From Amoebophrya sp. A120 (taxonomy: Eukaryota; Protista; Dinoflagellata), in NCBI GenBank assembly GCA_905178155.1, contig CAJINV010000001.1, positions 14,219,265-14,283,264 of the forward strand: 64,000 nt of DNA, read 5' to 3'. Shown in pieces: positions 53,022-62,000 of the stretch. Within the stretch, counting starts at the first letter, position 1. Each line of letters starts with the position of its first letter. A model generated the notes under the pieces. It searched no databases. It had not been told where the DNA came from and saw only the letters and a program-made list of their open reading frames with translations. Made by a program: the position numbers and the translations under genes.

Positions 53022-56000
53022 TCACTCACCTGCTGAATTATCAACATCCGGTTCTGTCGAGCCACCTCTGGCGTCCTTGCTTTTTCCTCCCCTTTTGTCC
53101 TGCTCAAGAATCTTTTTCTGTTGCTTTTTCTCCTCCTTCATGATTCTATTCGATTTCCGCAAGGACGCGTTCATGGTGTCTTCCCCCTTCGAAAAGTCCT
53201 TGTAGAGTCTTTTCCCGAACGAGTGCAGCAACGCCAGGTCGTCCGTCGCCTCGTCGTCGTTGGGAGCAAACGGCAGGCGGTCGAAGAAGGTCATGGGATT
53301 CAAAATATCCACACCCGGGTCCACATACACGCCGTCGCGAAGACGGAAGACGTTCGCCTTGTCCTCCAAGTGCTCGGCGTCCGTGACCGGCACGGTATTG
53401 CCCTTACTGTCTTTCCGAAACAACTGGTCGCCTTTCTCTTTTTTCACCGGCTCTTTTCTACCTCGCTCTTTGTCCTTGGCTTTTTTGTCCTCCTTGTCGG
53501 CTGATGAGCTGGACTTCTTTTTCTTCTTTTCCTTGTCTTTTGCGCCGCTAGAGGGCGGCTTTGTCGCAAAGAAGTCTTCGTCGACGGAGCTTTCGCTGTA
53601 AGACTCGGGTTCGTCCGGGAGATTCCAATTTATCTTGCGTTCCCGCGGCCCTTTCGTTAAGCGCATCTTGTGTCGGTCGAGCCCCTTCTTCAGTCGGTCC
53701 CTCAAATTTTCCAGCTCAAATCGCATCCGCTTCTCCAACGCGCTCTCGAGGTCAATGTGTACGGGAATTGCGGTGCGGAGCGTCGCGCCATTGCCGTCCA
53801 GGTGCATCACGTTGTGCGCCGGCACGGTGATCGACGTGACTATGTTCGGTCGCTGCTTGTCACACGTCACCGGCAACTCCTTCGGCGGTCTGGTTTTCTT
53901 CTGGCCCTGCTGCTCGATCTGCTCCGCCTCCTCCTGCTCAAGGGCCGCGACCTCTCCGTCGTGGTCTGTAACTGTAGCGCCCCCGTTCGCCGCCTGCTGC
54001 TCTGCGTGTTCGCCTGGAGGTTGCTGCTGTGGCGATGCTGGATTCGGTTCTGCGGTAGGGCTTGGTGGACCTTGAGGCTGATCAACTCCGTTGGTACCGG
54101 CAGCCTCCGTAGCGAGGATCTGTCCGTCAGGTTGCTGAGCATTCTGTGCGTCAGCAGTGGTGTCGTCGAAGAAAAGAAATTGAGGACGAAGCTGCGTCTT
54201 CTCGCTGGCGTTAGGGTTAGGCTCGCCCCTCGAAGGATGAACAGCGTTGGCGCAATTTTTACCTTCCGCATCAGGAAGCATAGTACCTTTTGCAAAGTCA
54301 TTTTCCTGAGCTGCGATGATTGGCGAGACGGCGCCGACATAGCCTCCACTCGAGCGACCCAGCGACCGTGATCGCCTGCTTCTCGCAGCACTGGCAGGCG
54401 GTGTAACGCCGCCGAAGATGATTGAGTCTTTGCTTGTGCTGGAGTTGTTGGATGAAGCTGCCCTGTCTGCAGGAGTGGCGATTAGAGGAGGACCTTCACG
54501 AGGATTCCGCAAAGGTGTTTGCGGAGCAGACGCAACCGGTACAACCGGTGAAGCGAGATCTACTTCTCTCGCACCTGTACGACCAGAAGAACGAGGTGAA
54601 TCAAGGTCGTTAAGTCCTCCTGCAAGGCCCTCTGAGTCTGAAGAGGTCGCGTCAAGAACATCCTCATCTTGCACTTGCTCCTCGCTCGCGGAAGGCGACG
54701 AGACACCCCCCACGAAACTGGCCAAATGATCCCCTTCGTACATGTCAACTTCTTTGATGTTTTGCGCTTTTTGGTTCGCCGCAAAAAAAGCCCGTTGCAT
54801 GTCTGTCAGATTTTCCAAGCCCTTCCCGAATTCGGTCGTCAACACGAGCGCCTTCTCCATGTCCGTTCTTCGATCCCCGATCTGCTGCAGCACCGCGGCT
54901 TCCGCCTTCGAGAAGTAGCTCCGCTCCAGCATCACCATCTTTAGGGCCTTCTCCATGTCCCCGAACCCGTCCAACCCACCGTACATGTAGATTTCCTCCT
55001 CTTTCTGGTTGAACTCGCGATGGACAACCTTGTCCGTTCCCTTCAGCTTCGCCCGCGCTTTGGCAAAGCGCTTCTTCCGCTCCTCGTCTTCTTTCTGTTT
55101 CTCAAACTGCTCCTGCCGCTTTCTCGTTTCCTCCTTGAGCAGAAACTTTTGCCTCATCTGTTCGCCCTCACGGTGCTGCTTTTTCAACCCAAGGTACGCT
55201 TTGCGCTCGTGTTTCTCGCGGGGAGCCGTGTTCTCGCTGAAGGATCCCCAAGCTTCGCCGCTCCGCTCGTATTCCTCGTGAAAGTACTGCCAAACGAGCA
55301 CGCACTTCGGCCGAAAAATCTTCAGCAGGTCCCGAACTTTCTCGATCTCCCGCTCCAGAACCCGAACCGAATTCCTTCGGTAGTACCGGCTGCGGATGTG
55401 CACCGCACGCCGCTTCCAGAAGGAAACCAGCAAGAGAAAGGCTCTGCTGCTGAGCCAGTGCGCGGAGTCCGGCAGCGCGTGGTCAGGAAGAATGCCGCGG
55501 AGGCGGCGCGGCGCTGTTTCAAGTTTTTCGAACACATAGCTCGTCCAGGTTAATACCGCTTGCGTTTCGCCGTCCTTAGTGGAGACGGCAGCAGCTTCGT
55601 CTCTCCCCCGGAAAGCATTCTCCACACCGTAACGCAGCTCCGGGCGTCTTGGCTCGAACAAGATCGAGCTTTCATCAAAGGATCTTGTCGTCATCTTTCC
55701 CGCGCGCTTCGGGTCCTTCCTGACCAAAAATTCGGTCCTCGAGGGAATTCCCTTGTTCTGGACGGCGTTGATGATCTGAGACACGTTTGTCAAAAGTCGG
55801 AACTTCGAGAACGGAGCCGCGAGATCGAGTGTGCCGGGGGTCTGCTGGGAGCCTGGCGGGATCATCAGCCCAACGATGGAGTCACCGGTTTGCAAACCGA
55901 ATTTCCCTGCAAAGGTCGAGGAAAAGCGATGCTCGTCGTGCTCGGGGACAGTTAGACGGATTGTCGTCGATGCCATGGTTTCAAACTTGAAGCCCAGCTC

Positions 56001-59000
56001 GACGGTAGTTGGTTTTTGATGTTGACCCTTAATATTTCGTGCCTCGTCCTCTTTTAGCCGATCGTACGACAAATGGCGGTACTGCTTGTGAATCGAGCGA
56101 GGCAAAAACCAGAAGCTGCACACCGGCTTCCCGAATTCCGTCGAGATTGCCTTTTCAATGCGGCGCATGATCGCATCCTCCGGATTCTGCCCGTGCCACG
56201 ACGCGACGTTCTCCACCGGTGAACCTGAAACAAGCGCAAGCAAATCGCCGACACGAATTCCGTACTGCTGCGTTTTGCTCAGCTCCTCCGTCGGGCCCGC
56301 CGGCGGCGCAGTCCAGGTAACGTGCACGTAGGGGAAGCCACTCCAATCCAGCTCGAAGCCAAACAACTTCTTGATTTTTTCACAAGCCGTCAAACTCCCG
56401 TCGTGCACTGCCGCCTCGTCAATCAGATGCTGTTTCCAACCGACTAAGCCAGACTTACCCGGGTTCGCCTGAGCGGCCGCGAGAAACACTCGCAGCAGCA
56501 TCGGTGGTGGCGGAGGCCCGAGGGTGAGCGGGCGAAAGTTTCTTTTGTACTTTTTCGTGTTGCCTGAAGTGACGTCATAGTTTGCATCGCCCTCTTCAGG
56601 ATGTGTGTCTTTTTCCCCGCCCCCCGCTGCTTGCTCGTCAAGACACTCAAGTGCGTCCACCATGACGATCCGCGGGTTGAGAACGTCTGGCTCTTCGCGA
56701 AAGTACTGCAAGGACGGATCGCCGCAGGACTTTAGGCTTTTTGCGGAGATGATCTCAATTTGCTTGTTCCTACGATTGTTCGCGATCCCGTTGTCCACGT
56801 CAGAGTCCATGACGAGTGGATACCGGAAAGCAGTGAGAGTCGCAAGCGTGTCAAGCTCCAATCGGCGCTGCTGGAATTCTTGCTTCTGTTCAGGCGGTAA
56901 ATCATCAAACTGGTCCAAGTCGTCTTCCAAATTGCCGTCGGATTCGTCAACGATTCTCTGAAAGTGCATCCCAACTTCATGCAGCGGTCCCGCACAAAGC
57001 GGGTCCGCAAGCAAACTCCTGTGCAGCCGTGTTCCCGTGGCCAACAGTTGCGTATGTTGAATGCCGTGCGTCACAAGGTACTCGCGATTGCACTCGACCT
57101 CACCCGTCACCCAGTCCAGCTGCAGTGGCTGCCGCCAAAACTTTTCTCCGATTGTCTCCTGCACGTATCGGCCGCAGGAGCTCTGGAGTAGCTCCGGAAT
57201 CTCCCGCTGCGCTCGGGAAACTGTGGACTCGGGGGGCAGCTGTGCATCTTTCCCTTTTCCTTTCTTTTTTCCGCCGGGTTTCTTTTTCTTTCCTTTGCCT
57301 GCTTTGTTTTTTCCAACTTTGCTTTTGCTACTTTCTTCGTCCGGGAAAAAGATGAAGGGCGCACCACCGTGGCCATGCTCACTCCAACCGTCACTGTCAC
57401 TGAAGATCCTTGCCGGCGCATCAGCATAAACCGTGTCGTCCTGCTCGAATGTGGAATTATCTGTATCTCGGTAAAAGAGAAACGCATCTTGATCTTCGTC
57501 AGCACCGAGCGCGGGTCCGCTAGGAGAGAAAGCTTTTCCCTTCTTCTTGGTTTTCCCCGTTCCCTTCCCATGTGCGGGTAGTACTTCTCCATTGTCATTC
57601 ATGTTAGCCTGGTGTGTCATCTTTTTGCCTTCGCCTTTTTTCATCTTATTTGCGCCGGCGGCGGCCCCGGCGCCCGGGGCCCCGTCGTTCGAATTTTCAT
57701 TCACGTCCTCCGGTGGAAGAGGCTCCTCAAACGTCAGACCGCCAGCCAAGTACCCGTCGACCAAACGAGTTAGTCTTGATGGCGTAGGCTCTTCGCCTTG
57801 CTCTTGCGCAGTGTTCTTTGTAGAACCAGCTCGAACTGCTTCTGGAGTTGTCCCCTTAGTAGAAGTCTGGTTCAGAATGCTTCTCTTCGGCTTTGTCGCC
57901 GTATTTTTCGGCAGAACAGACACTGCTGCAAGCCGCGAGCTCGCTGTCCAGGAGGAAAAAAGCTCGTCGACCAGCGCAGCCCGGCCTACCGCTTCGCTTT
58001 TCTTTTCCACAAAGTCCTGGACCAAATCTTCTGCGCCCACGGGTCCTCGCACGAAGTCAAGAAACCGCCCGTTTTGGTTGAAGAGATCGAACCTGGTCAC
58101 GCTCGACGGCTCTGCTCTCGACGGCGTGCGGACCGCTTGGCTCAGCGTGAAATCTCGCAGGAGCTGGATCAGGGCAAGCCGGCTTTTGTCCAGGCTTTCT
58201 CGAGCAACGATGCGCAAGACGTCCGGCGTAGCCAGGCTGCTAAAATTGTCTGTGCGCAGTTTCGAAACTTCCCTCCTCTTTTGCTGGCTCGCCCGGGGGC
58301 TCTCCGGCATCCTCCCGAGAAACGTCTCCTCTAACTCCCACTCGAGTCTCATTCTGGGCTGCCGCAGTGTGATAGCGATGATCGCAGATGACCCAGCTAG
58401 AGCATTTCCATCCTCGTCGTCATCAACATCTTCGCCCCAAAACTTCCCGCCATCGCCGCTCTTCTGCATGTCGGCGGGAAGTAGTTCTTCGCTTGCAAAC
58501 AACTGACTGAGCTTGTCCTCTGGTGAAGAGCCCACACTAGTCCCTCCATCAGGTGCTCCCTCGGTCTCTTTCTGCGGCACGAACAGTTGTCTGCGAACGC
58601 TCGGTATTTCTAGGAAGTCCAGATCGGCTACTGCTGCGGCCAGGTCACTGTCGCCATTGTCAGTGTTCTCTGCGCCAAATTTCGCAAGCAAACCGCCCAG
58701 TCCGTAGCTCGCACCCGCTTTTTTTGAGGTGCGGCGCACACCGGCTTTGATAGCTTCCAAGGTCGGGGTGGAGGCGGCAGAGGAGCCGGATATTGCGTCC
58801 TCCTCAGCAAGATCATCTTCGCCCGACTTTTTCTTCCGCCTCAGCAAGGGGTCGTCTTCATCCAGATGCGTCCCCAGTGCCACGTACAGAGACGGCGCTG
58901 AACAAGTAGAAGTGGCTCCCTCTTTTTTGCTCCGCGCAGCCACGTAGACACGGTCCGCAGCGTCGGGGATCTGCAGCACCGCGTCTTCCAGATCATCCAG

Positions 59001-62000
59001 TGCTTGATGCTCAGGAGAAGCGGCGGTGTTTGCAGTTTCCGCCACTGCGTCAGCGGTGAGAGGGAAAACGTCCAGACTTCCCAATAGAATGTTCGCGCGC
59101 AGCAGACGGTGCTTCTGGGCATGCAGAAAGAAAAGGTTTTGAAAAAAATCCGAAGTGTCGTGCTGGCGCTTGCATCTGTAGTTCAGGTGGAGATGGTTCG
59201 ATTTATTACTGTCTCGTGAGCCGGTCGTTTGCGAAGTTGGGTTTTTCATTCCAACTCCGGAAATCGCATTAGCGAGGTTTCCGCGCAGATTTTTCGCAGT
59301 GGTCTGAATCCCGTCTTGTTCAGCACCAGTACTTGCGCCGGCTTGAATCGTGTGCCACTTTTGAAGAAGCTGCGACTCCGGATGTAGCCAAGCGAAGAAA
59401 TCGTGCCTCTTAGAGGTAGAACTGGCTTCGAGCAGATGAAGGTCAAACAAGGGAGAAGAAACGTTGTCTCCCAAGCCGCCTTCCAGACAGCGCCGGAAAC
59501 CCTTGCGAAGAAGATCGCAGCGCGTGCGCAGAACCTTCTCGGCAGCACTCTTTTCCGGAAGCGTGCGAGGAGTGCTGGCAATTCGATAAGTCTGTAAGCG
59601 CAAGTCCAAAGTTTCCAACACTAGTCGACGGAAGGAGATCTCGACGGCACTCCTGTCAGTCACAGAAACCGTCGGAGACAACTGTAGAGCTGGACCAGAA
59701 GCGGCAGTTTGATCTTTTGGATCCTCATTATTTGTTCGCGGAGCAGTCTTCTTCTTCATCTTTCGCGCGATTGCAAGCTCCGCGACAGAATTGCTACTAC
59801 TTGCCCCATCATCTGACGCTGCTACTGCCGGCATTCTGTGCCGCCCCTCTACCAGCTTTTTCGTTCTAGCTTTCGGCACTGATTTCCGCTGTTGCGCGGA
59901 CGACGACGGCGATGAACTTTTCGGACTTGTTTTCTTCTTGTTTCTAGAAGACTCCGCTTTTGCGCGAAGCATGGACTTGGTGATGTCTTTTACGTCAAGG
60001 GACATTTGCAGTGGGTCGTCTTCTAAATGTTTGTTCAAACTCGCCGCAGCCTTCGCCACCTTCCGTGCTGCATCCTCCCGTTGCGCTAGCGTCCGGCCCT
60101 TTTTGAATTTCGCCATCTCCTTCTGCAGAGCCTCGTGTTTCTTCCTGGCCTCCTCTGCGTGCTCCTCGGCCTTGCGTTTCTTCTCCTCCCGCTTATCAAT
60201 CATCTGTTGCTTGAGCCGCTTATCCAACTCGATTTGTTCCTCCAGATGCATCACAAAATACTTTGCCTTTTCCATGTCGCTGATGTCGGTCCGGGCGAGC
60301 GTCTCCTGCTCTTGCTTCGTCGTAAAGTAGCTGTGCTTCTTCCGCATTTCGTAGCGCATCCTCTCCAGCGCGGCGGCTTGCTCCATGTCCGTTTTTCCGT
60401 CGGTTTCCATTTTCTTCATCAGTTCCTCTTCCTTCTGCGAAAATGGATTGAAGACCTGGTCGCCCTTCGGGTCTTCGATCCGTCGAAGGCGAGCCTTCCC
60501 GGCGACGGCGACCGTATCCCATTTCGTCGGATAGTAGAAGGTGGTGGGGTCGCGTTGGCTTTTGACCATGCTGCGCGGGAAACCTCTTTCTCGGCGAACG
60601 AGCAGCTGTAGTGGCGGGCGGTGGGAGGCGTCGATCGCTTTTTGAAGAGCATCTCGATTCTTCCCATCTTCCAACTGCCCATTATCCCAGGCCATCACCA
60701 AATCGCCCTCCTCAAGCCCGTTCGTAGACGCCCAGGACTCTCCTTGAACGAGAGACGCCAGCTGTCCCATCACGGAAGCGCTACCGAGCGAAATTTCGCC
60801 CAACGTCAGTGACTCAATCCTCTTTTTGAGATCTGCCGCCTTCGCTGCTCTCTCGGTGGCCGGCGTTTGTTGCTCCGTCTCCTCATCAGCCTTGGGCTGT
60901 GCAGCTGCGGCTCCGACCGCCGATGAGGTTAAGTAAAACCCCACATCGTAGCCGCCGCTCATTAAAGCATCAAACGCAATTCCAGGCAATTCCAGTTGCA
61001 CGTACTGCGACAGGAACTTTTTCCGCAGAAACGCGAAGGAATAGACCGCTGGCGATTTTTCATCTTTTTTTTCTTCTTTTTTTTCTGACATCTCGTTGAC
61101 CCGCACCCAGCGCAGCACGTCCTTCCCCCGTTGCTGCAACTTCCGAACGATGGCCGCGTCCGGGTCGATCCCGGGCCACTGCGCCACCGCCGTCACCGGG
61201 TAACCCGCGACGGACAGCAAGACATCGCCCTCTTCGACTCCGATCCCCGCTGCCTTGCTTTGCTTTTTCGTCTTTTTGTCTTTCTTCGTGTTCACGTGCT
61301 GCACGGTCACGAGGGGAAAGCGCTGCCAGTCCAGCACAAATCCAAACAGCTTCAGCATCTTCTGTGCGCCGGAAGCGTACGCGTCCTGCAACGCCTTCAC
61401 GTCGACCTTGCGCTCCTGCCAACCGATGAGTCCCAGGTCAAGGTGCGCCGGCGTGAGTTTCAGCAAATCCGTTGTTTTCCCGACGGTTCTTCTCAACCGG
61501 TCCTCTTCTTCCTGGCTGATTTGAAGGTCTTCGCGTTCATTCAGATCCAAGCTCTTGTCAAAATCCTCAGTAACAGGTTCGAGCTCTGCTTTCTGCCTCC
61601 CAGAGGACTTCGTGGCCTTCGGGACGAGGAGGGGAAGCAGAAACGGCGCTTGCTGCAGCAGGTTCCGCGCCTCTGCATCGCCATCCCCTTTCAGAGTTGC
61701 ATCTGGCAAATTTCGCCAGGCTTCCGGAAGACGGACTGCGCGTCGCCGCTCTCCCCGCTTCTCGCGAATTTTGAGAGACTCGGGGAAGTCCTCGCTCGGT
61801 CTGAAGACGAGCAAATGCAGCGGTCTTGGGCCTCGCATCTGCGACAAGTACTCATCCCGGAGAAACTCAGGACCGAGGTCAACAGTGGGCGTTGATGAAA
61901 GAGCATCAGCTTCGCTTGTTGCTGCCGCGACGTCGCTTCCCACGGCCGCGGCGCCCGCCGCGCCCGGAAGGATTATTTCGACGCTGCCGACTTTCAAGTG